DNA of 62,957 nt, the filler included, from Sphacelaria rigidula (taxonomy: Eukaryota): the NCBI GenBank assembly GCA_964200075.2. It is 6 parts of 6 records of this genome, joined end to end, with 100 filler letters (N's around TTAATTAATTAA, not from the genome) between each part and the next. Parts side by side here need not be neighbours in the genome. Positions count along the whole stretch, not along the records: positions 31,531 to 41,939 come from CAXNAA020006542.1; positions 42,040 to 52,448 come from CAXNAA020006543.1; 4 more parts are not named here. The stretch is one strand, 5' to 3'. Within the stretch, counting starts at the first letter, position 1; each line of letters begins with the position of its first letter. Both the position numbers and the translations under genes were made by a program. The notes beneath the pieces are model-generated. The model saw nothing but the letters and a program-made list of their open reading frames with translations. It was not told the origin of the DNA and searched no databases. Below, one piece after another: positions 38,501 to 51,839 of this stretch.

Positions 38501-39443
38501 TCATGCATATGCAAGGGCACGAGGGTCCGCAGCTGTGCATCTTCAGTCCTTCGGAGTTGTGGTTACTATGCACCTTACTTGACAGTATCAGAGTACAGAC
38601 TGTACTTGTTTAGGCCTTACTATGGGCACCCATATATGCACCTGCTTCCACCAACACGACAGACCAAAAAATGGTGCATCCTGGAATGATCTGCGGAAAG
38701 ATCGCGAGGGGGATGTAGTGATGCAGCTCGCAAGGCATCTTGCAACTATTATACTACAGTCAGGGGGCCTCAAAACCCCCTCATGGAACGTGACAAAATC
38801 GCACAGACAGTTATTCATGATGCAGGGCCGTAGGCTTTTGGCCTATTTCCACCCCTGCGTGACAGTAGGCGTGCTCCAATGCCAGGGCGGAGGCCTGCCT
38901 TGGATGGGTTACGATACTTCTTTTGGCCATCATACAGGTCGTACTAGAATAAGGCCTCGGACATTGGAGCCTACCGGTTTTTGCGGAGGAACATGAAAAA
39001 AGTCTTGAATGGGTAGTCGTGTGTAGTGCGCCGCACAAATCCTTGCATACCATCAAGCCCAAAAGCGAAACGGAGGCATGACATTGCTAAGCTCAACTAG
39101 CTGCTGCATCATTAACTTGATCCGTTGCTTCTCTTTGAATCACCATGGACCACAGCGTTCCAATGACAGAAGGACAAAGGTCAACGGACGTGGTACCCTC
39201 CATAATTGCATCCATCATGTGTAACCTAAAGTACAACAGTCAGTAGTACAACACGAGACGGTACGGTAGTACAACAAAGAGGAACACCGTACAGAAACAT
39301 TCGAATTTTGGACATGCCTCAACCAGATGCACGAACGCGAATCCCCCCTCGCCCAAGCTGCGTTTCAAGCGGACGGTGCATCGTCCGATCCTCAGCGGCT
39401 CCTCTCCGAAAGAACCAGCGTTCCAGCTACTGCGGTGCAGCAT
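32546..39443 (-). CDS. Ser/Thr protein kinase, NAK (AAK1/GAK/MPSK1-like) type, first two exons; remainder outside the contig
   Basis: Exon 1 39443-39318 MLHRSSWNAGSFGEEPLRIGRCTVRLKRSLGEGGFAFVHLVE plus exon 2 32668-32546 DVSNGRELVLKRASLQSTEGRAVYEKEASIMRSLAHPNIVQ give kinase subdomains I-IV. The intron is ~6.65 kb with a probable GC donor. Confidence 0.88.
33278..33775 (+). mobile_element. tRNA-derived SINE with an internal ~110-bp duplication
   Basis: A box tggctcagttgg (33292-33303), B box ggttcaaatc (~33336). Duplicated block at ~33352-33460 and ~33490-33600. 3' GAAA hairpin at 33718-33733 and a CA-rich tail. Confidence 0.85.
34313..34571. mobile_element. Diverged relative of the 879-1137 MITE
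   Basis: Shared internal sequence, e.g. tttgaaaacgggaatgtcctgacccatatcctcgtg versus tttgcaaacgggggcgccctgacccatattcttgtg. Ends atgcca...tggcat. Confidence 0.6.
35911..35992 (+). mobile_element. Short poly(C)-tailed element (variant B) with a 14-bp TSD
   Basis: TSD ccctggccagtaac at 35897-35910 and 35993-36006 flanks a 66-nt body plus a C-tail. Confidence 0.9.
36610..37490. repeat. Cluster of fold-back (inverted) repeats, probably non-autonomous DNA transposon(s)
   Basis: Inverted pairs at ~36627-36670/36691-36740, 36869-36917/37082-37128, 37185-37232/37279-37322 and 37379-37418/37447-37486. Confidence 0.8.
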
Positions 39444-40252
39444 CTTCCTCTCTGCTCAATAGTCTTCGCTCTGATTCTCTTTGACAGAATTCTACTGAGA
39501 CTACAGCAATTCGGACATCACCTTCAGTACCACTGTTGTGCTGACTGTACTGTACTGTTGTTTCTCCTCCTGTAGCAATGGCGACTGAAGGGCAGTAAAT
39601 TTTGTGCCAGTTACTTTCGGGTTTCTTTTATTTTTATTTCCTTCTTTACAACAGATATGGCAACGATGGGTCGGATTTCAAACAAATCCTCACGATGTCA
39701 ACGAAGAACAGCCACAGCAACACCCGCAGGAGCGCGACAGAAAGCGCTCACGGGAAATATGGGTCAAACACTACTACTACAGAGGGGTACAAATGCTGAG
39801 TCGATTCGGGCTCCTGTCACGGTTCGGACGAACTATTACAGTTCAACTGCGTGTTTTACTGTACTCTGATACTGTTCGCATCGCCTCTTGTACCGACAAT
39901 AAGATGTAGACTCCAAACAGCGGCCACTGCGCCCTGACGAAAACCTTGCGACAAGTCATGATCCATGAGTTGACTTTCTTGACAACTTTGGGAACGGGTT
40001 GGGAAATTATGGATATAAACGCGCAAGTGGGAACTAGTGAACATGTACGAGGTAATCGAAGCGCTCTTGTAACCATCCCTCCGATTTTTGCGATGGCTAA
40101 AACAATGTAGACTTCAACCAAACCAAACGAGGTGAAAAAATAATGACATCTGTTTCCCATTAGAAAATGACAAAAACTGACCAAGTCGACTTTTTTTAGT
40201 GGCGGTGCCGTCGCTCAGTCCTCGCTCTCCCCGAGCAACCGTCTAGGCTAAG

Positions 40253-41400
40253 ATGACGAGCAAGCTGAACAGCGACCTTGTAACCAAGGCTGTGGAGGAG
40301 ATCCTCGCCTATTCGGCGGGTGAGACCTACAAGAAGGGTGACACTGATGTTGTGGGCAAGAAACGCAAGTTTACCGAGTCCATCGAGCTTCAGGTATGTT
40401 GTCACAGATTCGACCTAGGCAGGCGTCTCGACCCGGTGCGCTGTGTCCTCATTTTGCTTCGTGGTCAACAAAGCAGCTGCTAGATGAGAATGGAATAGCA
40501 TATAATGATACGATCCCGTGATTCGTTTTGGAAATGGTGCAAGTCTTGGGGGCCCCTCGTCTGATTTCTGGCGTGTGTTTCGACGGCTGCTAGCGTGTGC
40601 AGCAACAGTAAAGTGACGGAAACGTTCGCGTCGATCGCCATCCTGTTGAGCTGTGGATGGAGAGATGCGAGCTATGCGTGTGCATTGACGTACCTACTCT
40701 TCAGCGAGGGTGTGCGTGTGCGTGTGCGTGTGCCGTATATGTGATGGCATGTGCATTAGCTGGCTACCTCTGTACTGTGCTGTTGCGATGTCGATGCTCT
40801 GCTTTTGGAGATGACTCCGTCGAGTTTTGTTCAGGGTCAGATGCGCCATTCTGCGGTATACATGCATTGAAACAGGAATTGTGGGCTTCTGTAAAATATC
40901 GACTGAACTTCTGTTGGACGCCAAAACCACGGCAGTTACCAGCAGTTCTGGGGTGCACTACTGTGTATTGCTTCGATAAACTGTGTCCCTCAACGTGGAC
41001 TTCGAGCTCATCTGGTCCTGAGAAAAACCGCTGTTTCGTACGTTTTGCACAAGTCCGGAAGGATCATGGAATGAGCATGCACTTCCCCCGAGTTTTGTAC
41101 CGCTGAAAGCTGGTGTCATCGTTGCAAACAGAGGGCTCACAGGACTCCCATGTACAGCCACTGCACTCTGAAGTGACCAAGTAGACCATCGACTCGTAGA
41201 TGATGGGCAGAGTGATTGGACGTTGATCAGAAATAGTCATACGCCGGTGGTGAATACGATCATACATGTCCTAGGTGCAGCAAGTCGACTTTCGTTCAAC
41301 AAGTTGATGCTTGTCGGTGTCTGCAGGTGACTTTGAAGAACTATGACCCCCAGCGCGACAAGCGTTTCTCGGGAACCTTCAAGCTGCCCACCATCCCCCG
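40253..41400 (+). CDS. RPL10A: 60S ribosomal protein L10a (uL1), first two exons
   Basis: Exon 1 40253-40393 [30 protein letters not shown] and exon 2 41327-41400 [25 protein letters not shown]. Canonical GT-AG sites and a diagnostic uL1 motif. Confidence 0.96.
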
Positions 41401-43973
41401 GTAAGCTTTGTACCATACGATATGCACCTCATGGCCAACATGGCGGCAGTAATATAGACGGTTGTTGGAGTTTTGGAAAAACGTTTTTTCTGGCCGCAGT
41501 CATTTTAGCTTTGAGTGGAACCGTACAATCGACCAGTACAGTACGAGGAGTACATTTCATTCCTCCCTCAGCTTGTACAGAGGATCGCAGTGGATTGAGT
41601 AAACCTCCGTACTCCCCTTGTACAAGCAGTCGCGGTTCTTGGTGAGGGGGATTTTTTTTCCAAGACCAAGAAGAGGCGCAAGTGGGTGTGGGTGATGCTC
41701 CGTAAATGATGCGCCATCCACTGGATTTGTAAGTGGCTGCTTCGATACATGCTTTCATTTTCTCGAACGCCCCCGTCTCACTCCGTACACAGATTAGATG
41801 ATGAGCTGCGCAGAGCCTTCGAAGAAATCATCACTTGGTACACGCGGTACGTGCTAGTGTTGTTGAAGTCCCCCCCCCCCCCACCGAAGATGAAGGGCAA
41901 CTAGTACCTGGATATGGACATGACGTTCCCCTCTGTACCNNNNNNNNNNNNNNNNNNNNNNNNNNNNNNNNNNNNNNNNNNNNTTAATTAATTAANNNNN
42001 NNNNNNNNNNNNNNNNNNNNNNNNNNNNNNNNNNNNNNNGGTTCTTCCAGTTCCTCTGGGGACAAAAAAAAAATGAGTCCTGCGTATCCCTGTACTGAAG
42101 TGGTACAGCATGCGATGAGGCCGTACGTAGTCGACAGGAACGAACAAGCTTGTGTGTAGGCAGCTGATCTCCGTCGCGGAGAACTGCCCAAAGCGTGTAA
42201 GGGAGTATGCAGCAGCAGCTGCTGCGAGTCAGAGAGGCGTACTGTACTGTACTGTACGTGCGCCTCAATTATCATGCCCTCCGAAGAGAGTTTGTCGCTT
42301 GCAACAAGAAGGGCAATCGCGGTCCAACCCGATCACAAAGCGCTTTGTGGCAAGGTGATGGGGACAATAACATCATCCCAAGCCACAAGTGGCGGGAGGC
42401 TCGGGCGGCCCGCCGGTCGCCACATCCTGTTGAAAGCTCTCTGCGGCGACCCATACTGCGTGAACCATCTGTACATGATCTGGTGCGCACCCCACCCAAA
42501 CTACAGTTTGTACCTGCACGTGAAAATAAATTGGATGGAACTTTCGGTCTTCCTCCTAGCCCTGCGGTTGCATACGTGGGTTATCAGCAACATGAAGCCA
42601 CTGTTTCGTGCAGACGCCAGACACATCAGATGGCTCATGAGCTATTCACAAGTACTAAGCGAAGAGGACGTGTAGATCCCTTGACCAAGAACACGATATA
42701 CGTGACAGCGCGTCTGAGGAGCGAAAGCGCTACCCTTGCGCTACTCCAGGCGCTCGGCGTCCAGCGGTGTAGGGCGCAAATATCGAAGAAGGGGCCAAGT
42801 TAGCGAGCTCATCATCCGCATCAGTACACTAATAAGAAGTAATACTCACGTACCTCGTGAGCTGTCGCACGTGTGCACTTTATGATTTTTTTCTCTTGTG
42901 TGGTGGTACCCTCATATAGTTGAGAGACTACGTCCGCCATGCAGAGCATCGCTCGCTGACCGACGTAGCGTTAGTGGATGAACTATCGAGAAAGGAGGAG
43001 CGTCCGGCCAGCTGATGGTGACACAGGTACTGTGTTGTATCAGGGCAAAAGCCATTTCACACTAGGAATTGAAGAAAGCTGTTAGTATCGACGTGTAGGT
43101 GAAAAAAAAGCCCGTTCGAGCCGCCCCGGCCGTTCAGGCTAGTTTTCCCGCGTTGGGCTACAAATGTTCATGGTTGGCACAAGTTCACAAGTATCCTTAA
43201 CCCGAACCCGAAAACCCTCGAAAACGGGCGGTACATACATTCCCTAGGCAAAGTTTGGTCTTGGTACCCGAAATCGGCGCTTGTGGCGCCGATTCCAACT
43301 AAAACGCGTTCTGCGCCCGCGGGGAGCATACGGGACTCTAAGCCTTGCCAAACATCCGGTTGTCGTTGTACACACTTGAATCAAGTAATATCAACCACGA
43401 ACATTTGTAGCCCAACGACCGTAAACGTTACTGTGGATGTTGCCCAGAGCGTCGTCGTGCCTGCAGTGCTTTCAAACAGCGCCTAGCCACACACATCAAC
43501 ACACAGTGACGTGAGTTCTTTGCAACGACGTTTTTTTTGTGTGACTGCCGGCTTTTCCTTCTTCTTTGAAGAAAGAATCCTCACCCGATTGCCCTGAGGC
43601 TCGGCTAGACGACCTCGCGACAGCCATCTGGGGTAGGCTCCTCGAGCGTTCAAAAAGCTTTGCTCGAGGTCAATGTGAGGGTCGAACTCACTGTAACATC
43701 CTTTCAAGTTTGCCTACTGCATGCGCCCTATCCTCGTCAGCTTCGGACCCAGTGTGCGTCGGTGACACCGCGAAACATGTCATGATGATCTATATCAGCA
43801 TCTCGTAAAATGCTTCTAGGCGATATCGGTCAATCTGCCTTATTCTGAATCGCCGACAGTCGAATCACCCGAAAGAATCTGGTCCACACTTGCAGTCGTG
43901 AGAGACGGTCATTAGCCGTGGCTACTCGAAGCAGCTTCTCCCCCGTCTTTTCGGATGAGGGCGCGCACATTAA

Positions 43974-44076
43974 CCCTTAGACCGCAGTACGGGTAGTCCA
44001 TCTGGACCATGCATACTTTTTTCAAGTGAACATTTGATGCCGATTCAGTAGGTGACCTACCCTCGCGGTCAAAGGG
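43974..44076. mobile_element. ~103-bp piggyBac-type MITE, copy 1
   Basis: TTAA|cccttagaccgc ... gcggtcaaaggg|TTAA. Confidence 0.88.
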
Positions 44077-44083
44077 TTAACTT

Positions 44084-44214
44084 TCGATCGAAATTGTACG
44101 GTGGAAAGGGGAAATATCGATCCGATCGGTCGTGACTTCAACTGTCGCCGTTCGTGTTGAAATCACAACCTATCTGATCGGAATTTCCCTTTTCCGCCGC
44201 ACTTTTCCGATCGA
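44084..44214. repeat. Fold-back repeat of the same family as 37185-37322
   Basis: Arms 44084-44142 and 44156-44214 are reverse-complementary. It shares gatcggaattt..ttccgccgcactttt.cgatcg with 37286-37322. Confidence 0.8.
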
Positions 44215-45994
44215 ATTATGATGTGCAAAGGCACGCCCTGAGCGACAAAATTATGGTTCAACTTGAGCGCGTTGGCCCCCAGGACGAGTCATCTGTTGAC
44301 GGGGCATCATTTATCTCCGTGAAAAGAATTCAAAACCTAGCAGACTCGCTCGGCGGTCGAGGATGCAATCAGGCCCATGTTACTTCCAAAACATCCGACG
44401 GGCCAGGCGTCCAACCGCGTGTGATGGGTGGGTAACCCTTGAGTGATCGTGGCCCACCCACCACCAACCCCAAGGGCGGCTCGACGGTGGTCGTTAGAGC
44501 ATAATTGCCGACATCGCGGAGAATTGCTGCGAAGCACTAGCCTCGGGGTGACACATGTGTAGGTCAGTCACAGTACAGTGAAATCCGGCGTCCTGCTGGC
44601 GAAACAGTTTACCAGCACAGCATGATACTTCATCGCAGCAGCAGCTTTTCAGTCGATCCGGACACTATGCGACTCCAGTATACCAACATTTACCCCTCGA
44701 GAGGAGAAACTTCAATATGCGCGGCGATTTGATACGGGCAGATCATGCTGATCGACTGAAGGTCGCGCATGAAGCGATCCGCGACGAATGCGACCATGGT
44801 CGTTAGACACAAGGTACGAGTACACGTATCCGAGGTCAACAAACAGAGCACTCACGAAGGGAAGCGTGGACATGGAGGAACGATGAGAACCAAAGGAGAG
44901 AAGATAAAACACCGTACGGTAAAATGACGAAAACGGGAGAAAAACGCATAAGACGAAGTGGAAACGAACTAAAGGTCGTCAAAGCAGGTTGTAGCTCAGC
45001 TGCCTGGGGATCACACGATTTGGGCAGGAAATCTCGGCCACTAACCTTGTAGGAGCGGGACGCCAACACCTTGCGGCATGGTGGTCGCATATTTTTGACT
45101 GCCTTCTGACCACGGTCAATGGCCTTTGGCTTGGAAGGTTGGTGTGAAAATCCACGGGATGGACCATGGTGCCTGCACCTCACTGAAACGTTGTTGCGAT
45201 ATAGTTCCTATCATATCAGGCGCCCGCTTACTATTTACTTTCTATTCATCTGTTTTTACGCAACAAAGACCTGCTACTATACTTGCAGCTAAAGCGCGTT
45301 CACACAGATGTGAGACGAATCATAGGACGCTTCGTATGTCCATGCGTAACAAATACTGTTGTATCCGATCTTGAGAAGATACAAGAGTATGGTGAAAACA
45401 AGGTCAAATAGTACAGACTAGCCAAGTACGATCAAGAAACCGGAAATAATAAACAACAGCAAACCCTGATCTCACGGGTCCCAAGCACAGGATCATGACA
45501 CAACTGTGCGCAGGTCTGCCTGGTTGCACCGACGTGAAGCCTGTAGGTCGAGGACCCCCCACTCAATCCGTCTGGTGATGCTACGCTGGGAAATTTCGAC
45601 TACGTGGGCTTTGAGAGGCTGCAAGACACATTATTGCGCCAAAGGCATGGACACAGCCGCTCCAATATACACAGTACCGCAGGCGACGGTGTATATTACG
45701 GTAACTTGGTACACCATCCCCTCCCCCTCCCCTGAACAACACTGAACAACACCCCCCGCGACATGTTCTCGGATATTTTTGGCATCATATCGGTGTCTAC
45801 AGTGCAATGGAGGTTCCGATATGGTGCGGTCGTTCGCCAGCCGGGGATCACCGTACTCTTGCGATGCGATAACGTGACTTTGGCAACTCAGAATGCATTT
45901 TCAACCGCTGATCATGACCACACTGTGGTTGTACCCTACCCAGTGCATACTTGAGGTGTTTCAAGGCTCCCGCGAAAGTATCAGTGGTGCTTAA

Positions 45995-46101
45995 CCCTTA
46001 GACCGCAATGCGGGTAAATTAGTCCATCTGGACCATGCACACTTTTTTCAAGTGAATATTGATGCCGATTCAGCAGGTGACCTACCCTTGCGGTCGAAGG
46101 G
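45995..46101. mobile_element. piggyBac-type MITE, copy 2
   Basis: ttaa|cccttagaccgc ... gcggtcgaaggg|ttga; near-identical to copy 1. Confidence 0.88.
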
Positions 46102-46694
46102 TTGAGCGTAGCCGGAGGCTATGTTGCAGGTACATATCGCATAGGAGCTGCGATAGCGAGCTTGCACCACTGCGTGTGGCAAATGAACGGGTAGTAAACA
46201 GGATACATGTATTTCTGACGGGGTTGTTCGATGGCGAATAGATCGTTTACACTCATCCCCGCTTCTGTACTCCCGTAAGAACGCTTGTGATGTCGAAGCA
46301 ATTCGAGGTTAGTGTTCTCGCGGTCCATGTCATGATTGTCTCGCCTTGAATCATTGTGGCAGGAGCGTACTCTCACGTGAAAATCGATATTGTATTGCGC
46401 ACGTCTTACGGCAAGGATACGCAACTGTTCCGAAGGTATTTGCCTCTGAGGTGCACTTCATACTGTGATCAACCTCGAGCTACACCTGACCATGGCATGT
46501 CGATTAGAAGAGAGCTGGATGAGAGGAGGACCAGTTGGGAGGGCAACGGATGCACTCGTGTACAATATTTGCGTTCGCTGGGCTGGACCCTACCCGCTTG
46601 GCGTAAGTTCTTGTTTTGCTGTCTCTTTTTCACTTGAACAACACAGTGCCTAACGTCGGCTCGCGTCCGTGACGGCATTCCCTTGTAATACCAG

Positions 46695-49600
46695 GAGCGT
46701 GAGCAACGGCAAGCAGCCGCGGCAAGAAAATCTCTTGCACTGGCCCTCGCATCGCAAGCCCGCGCTGAAAATGCCGTACGCTCCTCCTCCCGTAGAGAAA
46801 ATATGTCTGCTGCCACAGAGGGCGGCGGCGGCGGTCGTAGCAGGAGCCCTCGCCGACGTTCCGCTTCACATAGCGCCGCCTACACCCGACCCCGCAGCAA
46901 CGGGACCGTGCCCTCCACTTCTGCGGCGCGGGTTGTGGCGCCGCCGCCGCCACCCGCCGCTGCTGGCGAACGATCTTATACTTTCGGTGAAACACGACCC
47001 CGCGGACGAGAGCAAAACCTCTCCCGACGGTTGGTGAAGTCGGCGCCGGGAGTGCCGGCGCCGGTGAGGAGTAGTAGTGCGAGGGGAAGCGGGGTCTCTA
47101 GGAGCAGGCCGACGTTGAGGCCCCGGGCGCTAGCTCTACAGCCACCACCACGGAAGAGCCAGCGGCTTGGGCGGCAAGGGAGCGAGCGCGCGGCGGTGGT
47201 GGAAGGGGATGGTGCTGTTGACGGTCGACGACGGAGCTCCACGGGTAGGGTAGCGAGGGAGAGGTCTTGCTCTTCGGAGTCAGGGGCGCGGCGGTCGGAG
47301 GTGTCCTTGTCTCGGTCGCCGAAGGCATCGGATGGTGCCAGCCGCCGTGCCCGGGCGAGTGAGCCACCCCTTCCTTCGCTCAAGAGACGGGCCGTTTCGG
47401 CTGCGAGGGGAGCGGGAGTAGTGGCCGCTGCTGCCGATGATGGCGCTTGTGGTGACGAGTCCACGAATGACGGGTTCGAGCGCAACCCCAGGTGACTACC
47501 TGTGACCTGACGCATGTATCTTGTGGTTTTGACGTCGAGGTGTACGCTTTTCGAAAGTCGGACAGCTCGTGAGCTACCTTGAGGTCACTTCTCGTTGGTG
47601 TACTGAGCCGGATTGTGAGCACGCGTAGTAGCACGAAGGTAGCACTTTGCCTTCTCGGACCCCGCTGTCGCGTATTTGGTGTTATTGTGCTACGGATCTG
47701 AATGTTCTCTTCCTCTAGGTGATTTATGATTCATGTAGGCCATGACCTGCCCGACGTGTAATTTGTGTCTGCTATTGTCTTCTCCCCGGTGTTCTCCGTC
47801 TTTTTTCATATTTTTACCTGTCAAATAATGCTATCTGTACCTGTATCTAAAACCGTACGTAGGTGTGTCCATTCACATTGTATGCAATGTTAGTTCCATC
47901 CTTTTGTTTTTCTGTCGACGGTTGGCTCCTTTTTTGTCCCCTTTTTTTCATGTCCTCCATTCTTGTTGGTATTGTCCACCTCCGTTGAGCTCTCTAGCGC
48001 CCTCCCTCACCAAAGTGCTGCGGTTGGACTTCAGTCGTACTGACTCTCAGGATGGGCCCGGGATAATTGTGTTCGCTTTTTAGCGGAATAGACGACGTCT
48101 TCATGGTAGTATCAGGAGGCGTAAGATCACGTAGCAAGGCATCGACAGGAGCCCAACCTTAGTAGAGGGTGTAGGGGAGGTGTGGCGACTGAGCTAGCAT
48201 TAGTGTACACACGACATAATCCCGTGATTTCAACCACGTTACCAGACTTCTACAAGCCCAATGGATGCAAAAAGTAGTGTTCGATCAGATTCTGTGAGCG
48301 CCCACTTCCAACTGACGCTAACCTACGCATATAATATGAGCCATTCTCCAGTACTGACAGTTTTTGAAAGAATCGCCCCTACTTGGCCTCGCCACAACGT
48401 CGGCGGCCGAATACTCGGGACAGCTACAATGCAGACTCGGAGGACTATAACCCCTGAAACGTCCTCAGACGAAAAGTTGTTTTTCGATACGTATTTGACC
48501 AAACAAACGTATTGGTGACTCAGCACGTTGTCGGGGTCAAGTTTTATATTTTTGGCTTTCTTCTGTGCGATGTTGCGCTCTGCTGCGTTCTTCTGTTCCA
48601 CCACCCTAACTTTGCAGAGTGACAAGAAGTTCGCGTAGCCCCACACGTGCGGCTGCCGGAGATGTCAACAGCAACCTAGCTATCCGAGGATCTCGTCGCG
48701 GTACACAGGCGAGTGATGTGATCCGTGACAAGTCTGTGCCTTCACGTCAGACCGTAAGCGAATGGTATCATTTTGTTACTCGAGAGTCGGGCTCGATTAT
48801 GGTTGGCCTGAACTACGATACGCCATCTGAATTGATTCGGTCGATCGTTTGTGCCACGTTCCACCGGCTCACTGTACAGATAGTGCAGGATTCTACAACA
48901 GATTCAAAACATGTTGCTCAAAATTGCGTTCCAGCTGACAGGTGTACACTCTGACGGTGGGGTCGTGAGTTCAATTCTCGGCGCGATCTGGGAATTTTTC
49001 TCTCTCAATGCCCAACAGTGGAGAGCGCCCATGTCGTGGGTACACAAAATTCGACGTTACAGTCGACAAGGGAAACGGACTGTTGAACCCCTCTTGCGAT
49101 AGAAGACGAGGCAAGCACCGCAGAGGGATGGCGGAGTACTACTTGATCGAAATGAAGAAAAATAACTCCTCTGTTGGTCTTCTTCCTGTGACCCCGGCTG
49201 ATGGTCCCAGGCATACCGAAAGGTGTAGACTGGCGTCCTGAATAGATGAGATTACAAAGAGCAGTCACTTAGCTTCGTCCAGGAATGATTCCGCCTACGC
49301 TGCCCTAAGGTCAACCTTAGCCTCAACTTCAATACTTACCCTGCTGCAAAAAACAAATCTAGATGAAGATTAGTTCGTGTGAGACGTTGACGTGGGGGTA
49401 TTGGGATCCTGGTCAATGACTCGGTGATTGGTCGGTTTTGTGGATTGTCGCACATTATGAAGTGATGCCCAGTGGACCTGGTGATCCTATTGATACCGTG
49501 GTCAACGGATAGGAAAGGGTAGAGTTGGAAGACATTCCAGGTACACGAAGCGAAAACGCTCAAGCATTTCTTGAAGAAAAAAAAAATGGGAAGAAAACAA

Positions 49601-51839
49601 AATGTTCAGAAAAAACAAAGCAGTAATTCGGAAAACAAACAGCACAACAGAAACAACTATACACGAGAAGAAGGAAAACACGGGGGAAGAGGTGGCTCTT
49701 CGGAATGCACCTTGTAGAGGCCTGATCCACGTGTCATCTTGATGCTCCCGTGTCCGATTGACGTAATACACCCCATGTACAGGCAACACCAGTCAGCCCT
49801 ACCCGCAAGCCCAGCTCACCGCGGCCTAGAAGTAACAGCTGTGGGGAAGCAAAACAAGTGGACGATGAGGAAGAGCAAGCGAAGCGCGCGAAGGAGGAGC
49901 AGTATCTACGCGAGCACAAGAGAACGCTTGCCTACATGGCCAGGTATTGCGCTGTGCTGTCATTTTCCAGTGAAGTCGGTCCACGTGTAGGTACGCCGTT
50001 GCCAGCGTGTTGGACTTCGCTTGAGTCTGCAGAACATCTTATATCCTAAATCCAGATTGTTCTCAGTCACAGGATTGACTCCTGCCCCCGAGTTTCGTGT
50101 TGATGTGCCACTGCAAAGCCCCGTTAATGAATACATTCCCTTGTCCCCGAGATGTCGGATCTTTCCTGTTGGGACAAGTCGTTGAAAAACTTTGATATAC
50201 GATGTCGTGCACTGCCACCCGTGGGCTCAAAGGGAGAATGACTGATTCGCGGTTGAGGGGTCCAACTAACGATCCTTTTTTTCGCTTTTTTTTATGGGGG
50301 GGGGGGCGGGGAGGTGGCATGTTGGCGAAATCACTTGAGAACTCTGTTTTGTTCCGCTCTCGGCATGTGATGTGTGTAGGGATATCACACCCGGGACAAT
50401 ATATGATCAATATATGCAATAGATACATGTACTGGGTAAAGTATGGGCCTACTGCAACGTCATTTTTGACCGACAAAAGTTGCAATAAGCCCATACTTTA
50501 CCCAGTACACTTTTCGTATATTGCATCTATTGACCAAATACTGTCCAGGTTGTTATATATTTTTACTGTATGTACCTTGCTCGTTTTTGATTCTCGTCCA
50601 AAATGTGGTATTGAACGACTCCCAGGCAGCGGAAGGTGGCGATGTTGGAGAAACGTAAAGCAGAAGAAGAGAAGACGCTGAAGGCTGAAAAACTTCGGCG
50701 TGCATTGCAGGCAAGTTCCCCCCCCCCCCGCCCCCGCCCCCTTCGTATTTTTGTTTTTAGTGCTTCTGACCCCCCGTTCCCCTCCGCAAAACGCCTGTGT
50801 AATCTGAGAGTATTGACCTCCATCTCTCACGTGATTCTTTAATGATAGAGCATGATGGACCCAGCATTATCGCAGCCTGTCAATGTTTGTCGGGTCCCCC
50901 TCAGTCCCCGGACGTTCATGCAAACAGTGCTGATCATGAGCGTATTAGATTATGTAGCTGTCGCCATGTTCCAGCAATCAAGAGTGATTTACTCGCAGAC
51001 AATATATGAGCAAGATTCCCGCGAAATGTTTTGCATGACTCCCGTTGTTGTTTTTATGCCGACGAAAACCGCAATCTGCTCGAAAAGACGGTTGACGGTT
51101 GGTGTGTCGGGATTCGAAGCCGCAGCCTTACTTCTTCCCCACTGCCGTATGGGGGTATGAGTGAGGCCACAGGGGCGCGACAGCAGGCAATACTGACACT
51201 GACCAAGGAGTAGAGTGATCCGGACGGTAGCTTACAACGACAGCATGAGTGCGGCGTCAACTCTTTCGCCATCGCTAGAGGAACATGCTTGCCTAGCGGT
51301 CATAATCCAGTGGAAATGGTGCTGATGTAAAATATGAGAGACGGGACACCCCACGCACTTAATGGGGGCAATTTATGTTGTGTTGACGGTCAACGATACT
51401 GTGGTTCGTGGCCTCACATGTTCTCATCTCGATGCCATGTTGATGTATGTATGCATGTGCGTATGTTTGTATCTATCTCGCAGAAACTGGAGTCGGACAG
51501 AAGGCAAAGCATCTCCTTGCCCCCGCTCCGCTCGCACTCGAGGGAAAACATTTCCGCGGGCTCTTCCTCTAGAAGGTCTCGCGTCGAAGGTAGTAACAAC
51601 GGCACTAGCAGCAGCAGCAACAACAACAACAACACCCAAAATGTCGGATCAAACGGCGGCAGCTTACAAGGTCGTCCGCGGCAGGGTCGCGCGTCCAGCG
51701 CAAGACGCGGCGCAACTTCCGCCGCTTCGACACACACGGCAGCCGCGAGGGCGCCGGGGACAGGGGCAGCGGACTCTGCACGACCGGCTTGGATTAATGT
51801 TGCGGATGGCACGGCGCAGCCGGGTTCACCGGAGGACAT
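46695..51839 (+). CDS. Uncharacterised S/R/A-rich, partly coiled-coil protein (5 internal exons)
   Basis: Phase-consistent exons 46695-47491, 48618-48753 (alternative GC donor at ~48709), 49783-49943, 50626-50710 (GC donor) and 51484-51839. Charged segment DDEEEQAKRAKEEQYLREHKRTLAYMARQRKVAMLEKRKAEEEKTLKAEKLRRALQKLESDRR. No family recognised. Confidence 0.75.
48951..49255 (+). mobile_element. tRNA-derived SINE, 5'-clipped intronic copy
   Basis: Aligns along its length with 33320-33755 (B box, cagtggagagcg, gtcgtgggtacacaaaa, accgaaaggtgta). Confidence 0.82.

Noticed and set aside
40394-41939. Intronic C/D snoRNA in RPL10A
   Set aside because: atgatga at ~41798 has no paired CTGA box or terminal stem before the gap, and no convincing rRNA guide was seen.
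49190-49240. Hammerhead ribozyme in the SINE 3' end (ctgatg...gaaa)
   Set aside because: The core CUGANGA is incomplete and not conserved in the 33700 copy. The GAAA is a hairpin tetraloop.
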